Origin: an uncultured bacterium
GTDB taxonomy: Bacteria; Fidelibacterota; Marinisomatia; SCGC-AAA003-L08; JACNLC01
Length of the DNA stretch: 64,000 bases
NCBI GenBank assembly: GCA_964409335.1
Contig: CAYPCW010000004.1
Span: 12,745-76,744 of the forward strand
Reading direction: 5' to 3'
The first letter of the stretch is position 1; every line of letters starts with the position of its first letter. Made by a program: the position numbers and the translations under genes. Positions 1 through 11,319 of this stretch are shown here, piece by piece. The notes under the pieces are model-generated. The model made no database searches and was not told where the DNA came from. It worked only from the letters and a program-made list of their open reading frames with translations.

Positions 1-1555
1 ATTTCAGATCATCATCGAAATTCTCCGGAGGTACGGGCGACGGCGTCGTCCATTCCAACCCCAATGCCCCCCAGGGATTGCTCCCTGCCGGTTTTCCGTT
101 AAAGATGGATATCACCAGATAGTACAGCATGAGAAAGAACCCGGCTGCCAGGATCCACGACCCAACGGTGGAGATTATATTCAGAGTATGGAAGCGTTCC
201 ACGTACATAAAATTTTGCTTTGGCATTCCCTGTCCACCGAGAATAAATTGGGGGATAAAGGTGGTATTGAATCCCACAAATACCAGGATCGCCGAAATCC
301 GTCCCTGGGTCTCATTGTACATCCTGCCCCAGATCTTAGGCCACCAATAGTGCAGCCCCCCAAGGAACGCCATCACCGTTCCCCCCATCATCACATAGTG
401 AAAGTGTGCCACCACAAAATAGGTATCGTGGAGGTGAATATCCGTTGCGATGGCGCCCAGAAACATCCCTGTCAATCCGCCGATGCTAAAGGTGAACAGA
501 AATATAAAGGTATACAGCATGGGGGTTTCAAAAGAGATCCGACCCTTGTACATAGTTGCCAGCCAGTTGAATACTTTGATTCCCGAGGGTATCCCTACCA
601 GAAAGGTGATCACTGAAAATACCATGGACGAAAATTCGGATTGGCCGGATGTGAACATATGATGGCCCCACACCATAAAGGATAAGAAAGCGATTCCCAG
701 AGATGAGAAAGCGATAGCCTTGTAGCCGAAAATTTTTTTCCTGGAGAACACGGAAACCAGCTCGCTGATGATCCCCATACCCGGCAGGATCATGATATAT
801 ACAGCAGGATGAGAGTAAAACCAAAAAAAGTGCTGGAAAAGAACGGGATCGCCACCCATAAGCGGATCAAAGATCCCAATATTCCAGGTGCGTTCTAAAA
901 TGAGAAGAATGAGGGTGATGGCAAGCACCGGCGTTGCTAATATTTGGATCACCGCAGTGGCGTACAATCCCCAGACGAACAGGGGCATTTTAAACCAGGT
1001 CATCCCCGGCACTCTCAGCTTGTGGATGGTGACGATAAAATTGATCCCGGTAAAAATGGATGAAAATCCCAGGACGAATGCCCCGAATGTCATTGAGATT
1101 ACCGCAGAATCCGTCGTGGAACTGTAGGGCGTATAGAATGTCCAACCGGTATCTGCGCCTCCGTTGATGATAGAATAAAGGGCGACACAGGCGCCGGCGA
1201 CAAATACATACCAACTCATCAGGTTTAAGCGGGGTAAAGCAACGTCTTTGGCGCCGATCATCAACGGGAGCAAGATATTCCCCATCGCCGCCGGGATCGA
1301 CGGAATGATAAACAAAAATATCATAATGGCGCCGTGAAGTGTGAATAAACGATTGTAAATATCGGCAGGGACAATATCTGCACCAGGATTCAATAATTCC
1401 ATCCGCATGACCATGGCGATCATCCCGCCCACGAACAGAAAAATCATAATCGCAAAGAGATACATCAGCCCGATCCTTTTGTGATCCAATGTGAGTAACC
1501 AGGATTTCAATCCGGTAGGCGAGTTCAAATAGTTACGTTCTGCGTAAGTACCCAT
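1..1555 (-). CDS. ctaD: Cytochrome c oxidase subunit I, A2-type heme-copper oxidase (3' end runs off the window)
   Basis: Not in the ORF track because it is truncated. Manual translation from the ATG at 1555 gives [32 protein letters not shown]..., then [15 protein letters not shown] (YSHPAVY at 797-817), VWGHHMF and the K-channel segment [14 protein letters not shown]. Confidence 0.97.
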   Translation of the reverse strand, partial: MGTYAERNYLNSPTGLKSWLLTLDHKRIGLMYLFAIMIFLFVGGMIAMVMRMELLNPGADIVPADIYNRLFTLHGAIMIFLFIIPSIPAAMGNILLPLMIGAKDVALPRLNLMSWYVFVAGACVALYSIINGGADTGWTFYTPYSSTTDSAVISMTFGAFVLGFSSIFTGINFIVTIHKLRVPGMTWFKMPLFVWGLYATAVIQILATPVLAITLILLILERTWNIGIFDPLMGGDPVLFQHFFWFYSHPAVYIMILPGMGIISELVSVFSRKKIFGYKAIAFSSLGIAFLSFMVWGHHMFTSGQSEFSSMVFSVITFLVGIPSGIKVFNWLATMYKGRISFETPMLYTFIFLFTFSIGGLTGMFLGAIATDIHLHDTYFVVAHFHYVMMGGTVMAFLGGLHYWWPKIWGRMYNETQGRISAILVFVGFNTTFIPQFILGGQGMPKQNFMYVERFHTLNIISTVGSWILAAGFFLMLYYLVISIFNGKPAGSNPWGALGLEWTTPSPVPPENFDDDLK

Positions 1556-1569
1556 GATTTTTTTAATCC

Positions 1570-2514
1570 TTACTTAAGCGCTTTTATATAAGCGGCGATT
1601 CCGTCGATCTCACGGTCTGACAACTGCCCCTGGTAAGTGGGCATAACGGGTGTAAAACCATCTACGATTTTTGCCTGTGGGGATAATAAGGATTCCCGGA
1701 TGTAATTTTCATCCACCACCGCCGCAGAGCCATCGGCATGTTGAACGGTGTTCCTAAAAATACCCTTCAAGGTCGGACCCACCAGTCTTGCCCCGTCAAT
1801 GGTATGGCAGGTGAAACAGGCTTTTTTCCGGTATAACTGTTCCCCAAGTTCTGCCAGGGGTGTGGTGGTGTCTTCAACAGCGGATTCCTTCAGCCAGGCA
1901 ATGTATTCATCCCTGGGCAGGACTTTCACTTTACCGATCATTTCAGAGTGACCTTTTCCGCAGTATTCAGTGCAAAACAGATCGTACTCACCAGGGTCAT
2001 CGGATTGGAACCAGACCTGAGAATACCGATTTGGGAGGACATCCATCTTGGTTCTGAAATTCGGGACATAAAAACTATGGATTACATCCTGCGAAGACAT
2101 CAGCAATTTCACAGGGGTTCCAACCGGGATCACCAATTCGTTGGTCATATTAATGCCTTCCGGATAATCAAAGGTCCAGAACCATTTTTGTCCCGTCACC
2201 TTGATTTCGATCGCGTCTTTCGGGATGATATTCATTTTCATGTACAGCTTAAATCCCCAAAAGAAAACCACCATCACTAAAAAGGACGGTATCACAGTCC
2301 AGACGACCTCCAGCACAAGATTCTGATCGCTGCCTGAAGTCACTTCTGCGGATGTACTCCTTTGCCGGTAACGTATGGCGAAATACATCATAATCACAAC
2401 GACCAGAATGAAAATGATGCCGGTGGTGTACAGGATAAAATTGAACAGACTATCCACATCTCCTGCAATGGTCGAGTTTGCGCCGGGCAGCATCAATGTT
2501 TCATTTTTATCCAT
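1570..2514 (-). CDS. ctaC: Cytochrome c oxidase subunit II with fused C-terminal cytochrome c (caa3 type)
   Basis: Two TM helices, CuA motif DVIHSF...[13 protein letters not shown]-terminal CFTCH...VMP heme c domain. Confidence 0.96.
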   Translation of the reverse strand: MDKNETLMLPGANSTIAGDVDSLFNFILYTTGIIFILVVVIMMYFAIRYRQRSTSAEVTSGSDQNLVLEVVWTVIPSFLVMVVFFWGFKLYMKMNIIPKDAIEIKVTGQKWFWTFDYPEGINMTNELVIPVGTPVKLLMSSQDVIHSFYVPNFRTKMDVLPNRYSQVWFQSDDPGEYDLFCTEYCGKGHSEMIGKVKVLPRDEYIAWLKESAVEDTTTPLAELGEQLYRKKACFTCHTIDGARLVGPTLKGIFRNTVQHADGSAAVVDENYIRESLLSPQAKIVDGFTPVMPTYQGQLSDREIDGIAAYIKALK

Positions 2515-2531
2515 GCCTGAGTCAATTCCTT

Positions 2532-3395
2532 TTATTGAATATTTTTCTTTTTTCGTTCATACATCCAGTAGGTTGCGAGCATGATGATAAGGATCGCCAG
2601 TGTGACGGCTCCGCCCAATTTCATCAGATTCGCTGCGAACAATACATATCCCCTGGCATCCGGGTCGTAGTGGAAACAGTATAAAATCAGTTTCTCAATA
2701 GTGGATCCGATCTTACCCTGTGACGCATCGATGAGCGCAAATTTTAGATCCCGCGAGGGAAATTCCAGACCGAAAAAATACCGGGAGATCACCCCTTCTC
2801 CCGTCAGAACAAAGAGGACCGCAGGATGGGCAAATTGCTTCAGGTCCTCATCATAATAGTATTTGAATCCAAGGGCATCTGCTAATGTTTTGATCTGCGG
2901 CTCATTCCCTACTAAAAAATCCCATGATTCCGGTGATATTTTTTCCGTAAACCGTTCCAGGTACAGGTCCTGTTTTCGTTTCGCCATCCCCGGGGTCTCC
3001 TCCGGGTCAATGCTCACTGTGAGAATCCGGTAACCTTCCCCGGGAAAGCGATCCATCTGGCTGACGCCATCATAGAGTCCGTCCAACACCAGAGAGCACA
3101 ACATGGGGCAATCGGAATATGCCATCACCACCAGCGCAGGAACCCCCTCGGTAAAGTAGTCTTTCAATTGTACCGGTTTATTCCGGGTGTTGAAAAAGGA
3201 TAAATCCAAAGGGATGTGATCTCCCAGATTTTCTTCAACATCAATCTTTAATAATCCGGGGATACTATCATTGAGCACCTGCCCCATCCCGGGGGTCTGA
3301 AATATCCCTAAAAACAAACCAAGACACACTGCCCTGTACAGTTGCCTGAAAACGTGCCAACCCGATTTAATCAAGATGAAAATCCAGGAATACAA
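2532..3395 (-). CDS. SCO1/SenC copper chaperone (start uncertain)
   Basis: CxxxC (CPMLC), conserved His (FAHPA), C-terminal TM anchor after LYCFHYDP; lies between ACIII and the oxidase genes. Confidence 0.9.
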   Translation of the reverse strand: MYSWIFILIKSGWHVFRQLYRAVCLGLFLGIFQTPGMGQVLNDSIPGLLKIDVEENLGDHIPLDLSFFNTRNKPVQLKDYFTEGVPALVVMAYSDCPMLCSLVLDGLYDGVSQMDRFPGEGYRILTVSIDPEETPGMAKRKQDLYLERFTEKISPESWDFLVGNEPQIKTLADALGFKYYYDEDLKQFAHPAVLFVLTGEGVISRYFFGLEFPSRDLKFALIDASQGKIGSTIEKLILYCFHYDPDARGYVLFAANLMKLGGAVTLAILIIMLATYWMYERKKKNIQ

Positions 3396-3403
3396 TGGGA
3401 TTT

Positions 3404-3694
3404 CTATTTTTCCGCCACTACCTTTTTAATGGCTTCCTCAATTGGGATCCTGTAAATGCCTTTTTCTTTGTCGATGATGCCAAAGGTTGCGAGTTGGTGA
3501 TTTTCCCGATCCCTGAGCATCGTCAGCTTTTGGGAAACGGGTTGGAGGATGTATTCGTCTATCATTTCTTCTCTGACGGTTGAAAAATATTGTGCTGAGG
3601 CGATGATGATCACAACCAAAATGGACACCGAAATAATGCCAACGGAAAAGATGGTTTTAATTGAAACGTCTGTTTTATCGTACCCGATAGACAT
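3404..3694 (-). CDS. Small single-TM protein, ActG-like ACIII/oxidase-associated subunit
   Basis: ATG at 3694 preceded by AGAGGT; 96 aa with one TM helix and C-terminal RIPIEEAI; located between actF and SCO. Confidence 0.65.
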   Translation of the reverse strand: MSIGYDKTDVSIKTIFSVGIISVSILVVIIIASAQYFSTVREEMIDEYILQPVSQKLTMLRDRENHQLATFGIIDKEKGIYRIPIEEAIKKVVAEK

Positions 3695-3701
3695 GTTACC
3701 T

Positions 3702-4877
3702 CTAGAAATTTTTATGTGAGAGGGATTTCTCAAGCATGGGATCGTGAACAGGCAGGACAGACCGGCCGGATAACACTGCCCACACCCGCCAGAAAAACAA
3801 TCCGCCAACCGCCATCATGGTGGACAGGTCCATCCAGTTGAGCTTAACGCCTTCCCGGTGAAGTTCCGGCATGACGTTCCAATGCAGATCCATCCAGTGA
3901 GACACCAGGATTACGAGTGCCATGGTAGCGAGGAGAATTAAATTCCGTTTCACTGCACGAAACATGAGAATAAAAAAGGGCAGGAGGAACCCGGTAGTCA
4001 GCAGAAGAAGACTAAAAATTTTCCAGGTCCCTTCCCAGCGATGCCTGAACCAGATAGTTTCTTCGGGGATATTTCCATACCAGATCAGAAAGTACTGCGA
4101 GGCAGAGATGTACGCCCAGAACACCACAAAACCGAATAATAATTTACCCAGATCCTGATTGTGTTCGGGTGTCACTTCAGACAAAAGGAGGTTCTGCCCC
4201 TTTAACACCGCGATGGTCAGGATGATCATGGCGATTCCATTCAGATAAGCGCCGCCAAACAGGTACACTCCATAAATGGTGGAATACCAGTGAGGGTCAA
4301 GCGACATGAGCCAGTCGAACATGGCGAACGACACGGTGATCGCGTAGAATACCGTGCTCACGGCGCTGACTTTTCGCATGGAGGCAATTTCCTGCATCGA
4401 TTTTGTCCGCCGGGAGATCGAAATTAGTTTATGAGAGATAAATCCCCAAATTAAAAAGTAGATCACGGTACGGATCACGAAGAAGGTGGTGTTTAAATAT
4501 GGCGCTTTCATGGTCAGCATTTTATCCTGTGCCACCAGAGCTACATCGCTCCAGTGATACAAATCATGAATTCCAAATCCAACAGGAATCCATAAAACCG
4601 CCAGCAACGGGATGGCTGAGGCGATGGATTCTACCACATGCCTGAAAGAGACACTCCAGGCTGCACCCGTCACGTGGTGCATCAACAGGAAAAAAAGTGC
4701 GCCGAGACTGATGGTCGTCCAAAAAGCATAGGCTACCAGGTATGCAAAAAAGAATCGCTGATGGTCCTGAGTATACCCTAAAACCGACAGTAAAATGCCA
4801 ATCACTCCGACGGTGATCGCCAGTTTACCAACATTGTTCGAGGGGATCATATAGTCGCTTTCGTTTCGCCGGGTCAT
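3702..4877 (-). CDS. actF: Alternative complex III subunit ActF (polytopic membrane protein)
   Basis: About 10 TM helices; motifs DWLMSLDPHWYSTIYG and SQYFLIWYGNIPEET. Confidence 0.93.
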   Translation of the reverse strand: MTRRNESDYMIPSNNVGKLAITVGVIGILLSVLGYTQDHQRFFFAYLVAYAFWTTISLGALFFLLMHHVTGAAWSVSFRHVVESIASAIPLLAVLWIPVGFGIHDLYHWSDVALVAQDKMLTMKAPYLNTTFFVIRTVIYFLIWGFISHKLISISRRTKSMQEIASMRKVSAVSTVFYAITVSFAMFDWLMSLDPHWYSTIYGVYLFGGAYLNGIAMIILTIAVLKGQNLLLSEVTPEHNQDLGKLLFGFVVFWAYISASQYFLIWYGNIPEETIWFRHRWEGTWKIFSLLLLTTGFLLPFFILMFRAVKRNLILLATMALVILVSHWMDLHWNVMPELHREGVKLNWMDLSTMMAVGGLFFWRVWAVLSGRSVLPVHDPMLEKSLSHKNF

Positions 4878-5521
4878 CGGTTCAGTTCCTGTCTCTTATC
4901 CTCGGGAATGTCTGATAGGCGTGCATTCTGACTTTTTTGAAGCGCCCTCACGTAGGCGACAATTGCCCAGCGGTCCGAAACCGGAATTTGGTGTTTATAT
5001 GAAGGCATATTTCGAACCCCATTGGTAATCACGTCAAAAATATAGCCGTCTGGTTTTTCACGAATGAGATCCGAATGAAAAGACGTCGGTGGGATGGGAT
5101 ACCGGTATTGAGTAATGATCCCTTTTCCGTCTCCCACACGACTGTGACACGGCTCACAAAATATGGAATATCTTGCCTGGCCTCTGGAAAGCAGACCGGT
5201 GGTAAGATCAAGGGGATTGTTGCGTATGAGTTCACCCTGATCGTCAACCCCCCGGAAAAATGCAGGCTCATCCCGCAATTCCCCCTCGGCTACCGTACCC
5301 GGAACCGGCATTCTCATCGTCATCCCGTCTGCAAAAAAATCACTGGCGGATTGGGGATTATAGCGGTTTTGGGAGTCCATATTCGGATTTGGATGGATCG
5401 GTGGTTTTTCAAAGGGTCTTCCCTGACAGCCCAGCGCCAGGATCACCGGGATCATCAGGGCAATGAATACGCGTTTTGGAAGTGATATCCGATGAGGGAA
5501 AAAGTTCTGCATCAATATCAT
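4874..5521 (-). CDS. actE: Alternative complex III subunit ActE, monoheme cytochrome c lipoprotein
   Basis: Lipobox LALGC, single CEPCH, RNMPSY axial Met, DRWAIVAYVRALQ; ATGA overlaps at both ends. Confidence 0.93.
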   Translation of the reverse strand: MILMQNFFPHRISLPKRVFIALMIPVILALGCQGRPFEKPPIHPNPNMDSQNRYNPQSASDFFADGMTMRMPVPGTVAEGELRDEPAFFRGVDDQGELIRNNPLDLTTGLLSRGQARYSIFCEPCHSRVGDGKGIITQYRYPIPPTSFHSDLIREKPDGYIFDVITNGVRNMPSYKHQIPVSDRWAIVAYVRALQKSQNARLSDIPEDKRQELNR

Positions 5522-6033
5522 TCGCTTTTAATAACTTCAATATTAATAGCGCCAATGGATTCCAAAAATCGATGGGTTTCCGTACAATCGAACCGGGGAT
5601 CTTTCACATCGACACTGATAAAAAATCCATCGTCACTGACTTTGGCAAACCGTTCGGAGTAGAATAGTCCGTCGAATAATCTGGGTAATTTGCTTAAATG
5701 GAATAACCCCAGCACCGATGATAATGCGCCGGCAAGAACCATCAATCCGAAGGTAACAATGATGAACGCCTGCCAACTGAAGTAGGGTTTCCCTGCATAA
5801 GTAAGGGGGTATGCCTTGGTGTGAACCCAGGTCTGAAGAAAAAATCCACCAATTGCACCCAAAAGACCAAACACAAACACGATATACCCCAGGGGAGACC
5901 GGGTTAACCCCATCGCCTCATCCATCCCGTGAACGGGAAAAGGCGAATGGCAGTCAAATCGGGTATACCCTTCGCAGTGAATTTTTTCAGCCCCGTGTAA
6001 CAGCGCCGCAGGGTCTGAAAATTCGGCTAACAT
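5518..6033 (-). CDS. actD: Alternative complex III subunit ActD (DUF3341); true start may be 6060
   Basis: LAEF...HSPFPVHGMDEAMG, two TM helices, GKPYFSW, SDDGFF. Confidence 0.92.
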   Translation of the reverse strand: MLAEFSDPAALLHGAEKIHCEGYTRFDCHSPFPVHGMDEAMGLTRSPLGYIVFVFGLLGAIGGFFLQTWVHTKAYPLTYAGKPYFSWQAFIIVTFGLMVLAGALSSVLGLFHLSKLPRLFDGLFYSERFAKVSDDGFFISVDVKDPRFDCTETHRFLESIGAINIEVIKSE

Positions 6034-6046
6034 GCCATAAGTAATA

Positions 6047-7492
6047 TCAGCGGCTTTGATGCGCTACTCCCGGTTTATCATACATGGTATGATGCGGATT
6101 TGCCTGGGGCAAGACGCCTTTGATCTCGGCCATTGAGATCATGGGAAGGAATCTGAGGAAGAGCAAAAACAGGGTAAAGAACAGACCAAAGGACCCGATC
6201 AACGTGGAAATATCCCAGATGGTGGGGGAATAGTAGTCCCAGCTTGAGGGTAAATAGTCCCTGGATAGAGAGGATGCAATAATAACAAATCGTTCGAACC
6301 ACATTCCGATATTCACAAAAATCGACAGAACGAAAAGAACAGCCACATTAGTCCTCAATTTTTTCGACCAGAACATTTGGGGAATGATTACATTGCAGGA
6401 GATCATAATCCAGTACGCCCATGCGTATGGTCCGAATGCCCGGTTAATAAAGGCAAATTTTTCAAATTCATTCCCGCTGTACCATGAAATGAAGAATTCC
6501 ATAGAATATGCATACCCAACCATCAAACCCGTCACCATAATGATTTTTGCCATTTTTTCGAGATGGTTTATGGTGATGAAGTCTTCCATATGAAATGCTT
6601 TTCGGGCGATGATCGCCAGGGTCATCACCATGGCAAATCCGGAGAAAATGGCGCCGGCAACGAAGTATGGCGGGAAGATGGTTGTATGCCAACCCGGAAC
6701 GATGCTGGTCGCAAAATCAGTACTTACCACGCTATGAACCGATAGCACGAGGGGCGTGGATAACCCGGCCAGGATCAGATACCCAAGTTCGTAGTGTCTC
6801 CAGTGACGGTTGGCGCCCCGCCATCCGAGCGACAGAATACCGTAAATGATCTTTTTCGCTCTGGTTTTCGCCCTGTCCCGCAGCGTTGCAATATCCGGAA
6901 CCAGCCCAACGTACCAAAACAACAGGGAAACAGTAAAATAAATACTGACGGCAAACACGTCCCAAAGGAGGGGACTTCTGAAATTAGGCCACATACTCAT
7001 CTGATTCGGGATCGGGAAAAACCAGTACAGCACCCACACCCGCCCCACATGGATCGTGGGGAATAACAATGCGCAGATGACCGCAAAAATGGTCATGGCT
7101 TCTGCAAACCGGTTAATCGACGTTCGCCATTTTTGACGGAACAAGTGCAGGACTGCAGAGATCAGGGTCCCGGCATGACCGATACCCACCCAGAACACAA
7201 AATTGACAATCGCCCATCCCCAACCAACGGGATTGTTTAATCCCCAGATACCGGTGCCTTCCCAGACTAAAAATCCGACAGAGCCCACCAATACCATCAA
7301 TAGTGAAACGGAAAAGGAAAACAGCACCCACCACATTTTTGGCGTCGGTCCTTCCACAACGCCCGCAATTCTGTTCGTCACCGATGCGAATGATTGATTC
7401 CCAGAAATTAACGGCGCGTCTTCGAACATCGGAACCGCAATATCCAGAGGGGCGTCTGCCGATTGTTTGGGTATATGATTTAATAGGCTCAC
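6047..7492 (-). CDS. actC: Alternative complex III subunit ActC (NrfD/PsrC-type quinol-binding subunit)
   Basis: [56 protein letters not shown]. Confidence 0.96.
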   Translation of the reverse strand: MSLLNHIPKQSADAPLDIAVPMFEDAPLISGNQSFASVTNRIAGVVEGPTPKMWWVLFSFSVSLLMVLVGSVGFLVWEGTGIWGLNNPVGWGWAIVNFVFWVGIGHAGTLISAVLHLFRQKWRTSINRFAEAMTIFAVICALLFPTIHVGRVWVLYWFFPIPNQMSMWPNFRSPLLWDVFAVSIYFTVSLLFWYVGLVPDIATLRDRAKTRAKKIIYGILSLGWRGANRHWRHYELGYLILAGLSTPLVLSVHSVVSTDFATSIVPGWHTTIFPPYFVAGAIFSGFAMVMTLAIIARKAFHMEDFITINHLEKMAKIIMVTGLMVGYAYSMEFFISWYSGNEFEKFAFINRAFGPYAWAYWIMISCNVIIPQMFWSKKLRTNVAVLFVLSIFVNIGMWFERFVIIASSLSRDYLPSSWDYYSPTIWDISTLIGSFGLFFTLFLLFLRFLPMISMAEIKGVLPQANPHHTMYDKPGVAHQSR

Positions 7493-7503
7493 CGGATTAC
7501 TCG

Positions 7504-10500
7504 TTACTGAATATGTTTTTCAAAATGATTTTTATTTAATGCAGAATTCTGGTTTCTGATTTTTGCCATGTAGGTCGTTCTGGGCCGGACATTCAACTCT
7601 CCCAGGAGCGCATAATCCCGGTTTTGTTTTTTCAATTTTGAAATTCGGCTGTCCGGGTCGTTGATATTCCCGAAGACGATGGCATCTGTTGGGCAGGTCT
7701 GCTGACATGCGGTGACGATATCGCCATCTTTCAGATCCTGGTGATTATTCTTTGCCCGTAGCTTTTCCTGGTTTATCCGTTGAACACAAAACGTGCATTT
7801 TTCCATGACTCCCCTGAATCTGACAGTCACATCCGGGTTCTGGGCGATTTTGACGATCTCAGGTAAATCCTTGGTAAAATTGTAGAAGTTGTACCGTCTG
7901 ACTTTGTAGGGACAGTTATTGGCACAGTACCGGGTACCCACACATCGGTTATAGACCATGGCATTCAGCCCTTCATCGGTGTGAACCGTAGCCGTCACCG
8001 GACAGACTTGTTCACAGGGCGCCATTTCACAATGCTGACAGGCGATGGGTTGAAATACCATCTCAGGATCTTCCAGATCACCGGAAAAATATCGATCCAA
8101 CCGGATCCAAGCCATTTCTCTGCCGCGCTCCACCTGGTCTTTTCCAACCACAGGGATATTGTTTTCACTCTGACAGGCGATTGAGCAGGCATTACAACCG
8201 GTGCAGACGTTCAGGTCAACCGACATCCCCCATTGAAACCCCTTGTCGTAGGATTTATCTTTCCATAATGAAAACAGATCGGGTTCCTCTACCACTTCTT
8301 TCACGAAACCCGGGTTCAGGCGGTATTCATCCAGTGAGGCTTCCCTGAGAATCGCCGGCAGCCGCTTATGGATCGCATCCGCTGCTAATTTATCCGCGTC
8401 CAAACCGTGATGGTCCTGCGTACAGGCGATGATTTGAAACCGTCCTGTACCCGTCACCCTGACACCCTGCCGGATGTCAGAATCCAGCGGTTTAAATTTA
8501 TAGGCATTGACACCGACTTTATTACCGATCCGTCCGGAAGCTGTACGACCATATCCTAATGAGAAAGTGACAGTGCTATCGGCTTGTCCGGGTAATATCC
8601 AGACGGGGCATGAGATTGATTTCCCATCGGCCGTAAATTTTGCAATCTCTTTATTTTTCAGGTGATATTTGGCGGCGGTTGAATGACTCATTACCGCCAC
8701 ATTATCCCATGCCACTTTAGTCACCGGGTCTGGATTTTCCATCAACCAACTATTATTGGAAAATTCACCATCCCACAAAGAAGATGAGGGGATAAAAACA
8801 CATTCCAGTCCGGGAAGGTTTTGTTCAGAAATTTCCGATTTGGTAAATATATTTTTATTCTTCAGAGCAGGACGAACCGCCTGATAATTTGAACCTGAAA
8901 ACACGCCGTCATGGAGGACATGATGCCAGACCTGTTCAAAATTACCGGAGATCAGTTTTTCTCTCCAGGTAGATTGAACCAGGTCAAACCCCGGCGTCAA
9001 TTCTCCGGTGGACAGCAGCGAATAAATTTCAGTCAGAGAATGACTGTCGAATAGGGGGGCGATCATGGGCTGGATCACGCTCAGGGTTCCATCGAAAGAA
9101 ACGGCATCTCCCCAACTTTCCATAAAATGGGAAACCGGCAAATGCCACTCGCAGTTTTGAGCGGTCTCATTTTCACGGTCCGTGAAATGGATCGTATGTT
9201 CAACCCGGTTTAACCCTTTCAGGAATTCCCCGTTTTCGTTGGCGGTGTACGCTGGATTCCCACCCAAAATAACCAATGTTTTCACGGATCCTTTGCCAAG
9301 ATCATCCACCAGTTTTTGATATTCGGTGACGGATGAATTTGCCGTGTGTTCCGGGTGGTAACAGGTAATAGTTTTTCCGTTATTCCGAAGGGCATCATTG
9401 ATGGCGAATACCAATGCATGGACCTCTGCGGGCTGACGATACCCTGCCAGGACGATGCTTTTGCTTTTATGGGTCGCCAGGTCGACGGCAAGGGCTTTGA
9501 TCCAGGTGATGTGATCTCTGCCAACGGTGAGGGAACTTGTGGGAAGATCGACTTCCACAGGGATACCGAGGTTCTGCAGTTCTTTCGCCAATTCGATGGT
9601 AAAATTCATGATCTGTGCCGATGGAACTTTCAGCCGGTGATCAGCCATTGCACCCGTGACGGTAAATCCGCTTTCGACGGCATATAACCGATTCATCGAA
9701 TCCTTTTCAGACATTATCCGCCGCGCCTGTGAAAATCTTCGTGAGTTGGCAACGTTATTTGAGTCCAGAAACAGAAAATCCGAATCCAGGGACAGGACGA
9801 TTGCTGCGGATTCAAAATGGTGGACCGGCTGCAGTTTTTGACGTGAAGCGAGTTCAATCCCCTGGTAAATCCGTTCGTCGGACACGGGATCAAAAACTGT
9901 CCAGGTGGCTTTCGGGAATTTTGATAAAAATTCCGTCTTCAGCCGGAATAATGTGGGAGATGCAAAAGCGCTGCTCAAGAGGGAAAGACCTTCACCTGCT
10001 ACCGCATCGAAAGCCGTCAATTGTTCATTCCAGAACGCAGTAAAGTCTTCCCACCTGACTTCATATCCTTTTCGGGAAGGCGCCTGTGATCTATCAGGAT
10101 CATATAAATTGAGAATGGATGCCTGCATGAACGCATTGGCACTCCCCATCGAACTGCTGTGGAGCGGATTCCCCTCAATTTTTGTAGGTCTACCTTCGTG
10201 GGTCTCAACTACAATCCCCAGTGCATTCGTGCCAAATGGCATCGTGGATGCATAATTTTTTGAAACGCCGGGGATGATCTCTTCCGGTGCATTCACATAG
10301 GGGATAATTTTTTCAACAGGTCTGCGGCAGGCTGTTAACCCTGCCAGTGCGATCGAGGCGCCCATCAGACTCAGGAATTTTTTACGGGACAGTTTGTTGG
10401 GTAAATCCATGGTTCCCGGAGGAAATTCATTTTCAAGAAAGGTCTGAAATTCAGGAGAATTTGCTAACTGATCATAACTACGCCAATAGGATTTACCATG

Positions 10501-10584
10501 AGCGGAGTCGATCAGGTTTTCACCATCCGGATCAAGCTGAAAGGCTTTTGGTGGGAACTTCATAGGTTTGGGTTTGTCACTCAT
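7504..10584 (-). CDS. actB: Alternative complex III subunit ActB (molybdopterin-oxidoreductase-like domain plus Fe-S domain)
   Basis: YWRS N-terminus, Tat-like SRKKFL and lipobox [15 protein letters not shown]-terminal Cys motifs [41 protein letters not shown]...CQQTCP; ATG at 10584 overlaps the actA TGA. Confidence 0.96.
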   Translation of the reverse strand: MSDKPKPMKFPPKAFQLDPDGENLIDSAHGKSYWRSYDQLANSPEFQTFLENEFPPGTMDLPNKLSRKKFLSLMGASIALAGLTACRRPVEKIIPYVNAPEEIIPGVSKNYASTMPFGTNALGIVVETHEGRPTKIEGNPLHSSSMGSANAFMQASILNLYDPDRSQAPSRKGYEVRWEDFTAFWNEQLTAFDAVAGEGLSLLSSAFASPTLFRLKTEFLSKFPKATWTVFDPVSDERIYQGIELASRQKLQPVHHFESAAIVLSLDSDFLFLDSNNVANSRRFSQARRIMSEKDSMNRLYAVESGFTVTGAMADHRLKVPSAQIMNFTIELAKELQNLGIPVEVDLPTSSLTVGRDHITWIKALAVDLATHKSKSIVLAGYRQPAEVHALVFAINDALRNNGKTITCYHPEHTANSSVTEYQKLVDDLGKGSVKTLVILGGNPAYTANENGEFLKGLNRVEHTIHFTDRENETAQNCEWHLPVSHFMESWGDAVSFDGTLSVIQPMIAPLFDSHSLTEIYSLLSTGELTPGFDLVQSTWREKLISGNFEQVWHHVLHDGVFSGSNYQAVRPALKNKNIFTKSEISEQNLPGLECVFIPSSSLWDGEFSNNSWLMENPDPVTKVAWDNVAVMSHSTAAKYHLKNKEIAKFTADGKSISCPVWILPGQADSTVTFSLGYGRTASGRIGNKVGVNAYKFKPLDSDIRQGVRVTGTGRFQIIACTQDHHGLDADKLAADAIHKRLPAILREASLDEYRLNPGFVKEVVEEPDLFSLWKDKSYDKGFQWGMSVDLNVCTGCNACSIACQSENNIPVVGKDQVERGREMAWIRLDRYFSGDLEDPEMVFQPIACQHCEMAPCEQVCPVTATVHTDEGLNAMVYNRCVGTRYCANNCPYKVRRYNFYNFTKDLPEIVKIAQNPDVTVRFRGVMEKCTFCVQRINQEKLRAKNNHQDLKDGDIVTACQQTCPTDAIVFGNINDPDSRISKLKKQNRDYALLGELNVRPRTTYMAKIRNQNSALNKNHFEKHIQ

Positions 10585-11228
10585 CGATGGCACGCCGTGC
10601 AATCCGTCGGAGGATTGATATTTCGGTCGATTTTATATTGCTGAGCAAGCAGGAGCTGATTTTCAGGGGGAATCCAGTCCATTTTTGTAATTTCATTCAG
10701 GGGACGGAGAAACATATCCGGATTTCGATGACAATCCAGACACCACCCCATGCTCAAGGGCTGAACCTGCATCACCACTTCCATCTGGTCTATTCTTCCG
10801 TGACAGGTAGTACATCCCACTCCTCGGATAATATGTGCGGAATGGTCGAAAAATGCATAATCGGGAATTTTATGAATGCGTATCCATTCCATGGGTTTCT
10901 TCTCTGCCCAGCTTTGATTGATGGGTAGCAATTTTTCGCTTTCAGGGAGACAAAGGACATGGCAGTTCATACAGGTTTGAGTTGGAGGGACAGTGGCTTT
11001 TGCACCGATTTCGACGGCGGTATGACAATATCGGCAGTCCATTCCCAGATCGCCGGCGTGGAGTTTATGACTGTAGGGAACCGGTTGTACCGGCCGGTAT
11101 CCTGTGTCGGTAAATTTAGGCGAACCAAAATAATTCACGCCGAAAACTACGACAATGGTTGCCACGATGCCTGCAGTCCCGGCAATTATGGGCAATAGAT
11201 TCCATCTCCTGGTGAAAATCTGTGACGT
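10581..11228 (-). CDS. actA: Alternative complex III subunit ActA, pentaheme cytochrome c (start uncertain: ACG at 11228 or TTG at 11195)
   Basis: Five CxxCH motifs (CRYCH, CMNCH, CTTCH, CLDCH, CTACH), N-terminal TM helix, QPVPYSHKLHAG. Confidence 0.95.
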   Translation of the reverse strand, partial: TSQIFTRRWNLLPIIAGTAGIVATIVVVFGVNYFGSPKFTDTGYRPVQPVPYSHKLHAGDLGMDCRYCHTAVEIGAKATVPPTQTCMNCHVLCLPESEKLLPINQSWAEKKPMEWIRIHKIPDYAFFDHSAHIIRGVGCTTCHGRIDQMEVVMQVQPLSMGWCLDCHRNPDMFLRPLNEITKMDWIPPENQLLLAQQYKIDRNINPPTDCTACHR

Positions 11229-11319
11229 GATCCAACTCCTCTGTAAAATAATGTGTGATTTATTAAATTAAGACAAACTTATATATCAATTATGGGAAAA
11301 CGATCGGTTTAAAATCGAG

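Noticed and set aside
129-1214. Short track ORFs in the first 1.2 kb
   Set aside because: All overlap the truncated ctaD frame on the minus strand.
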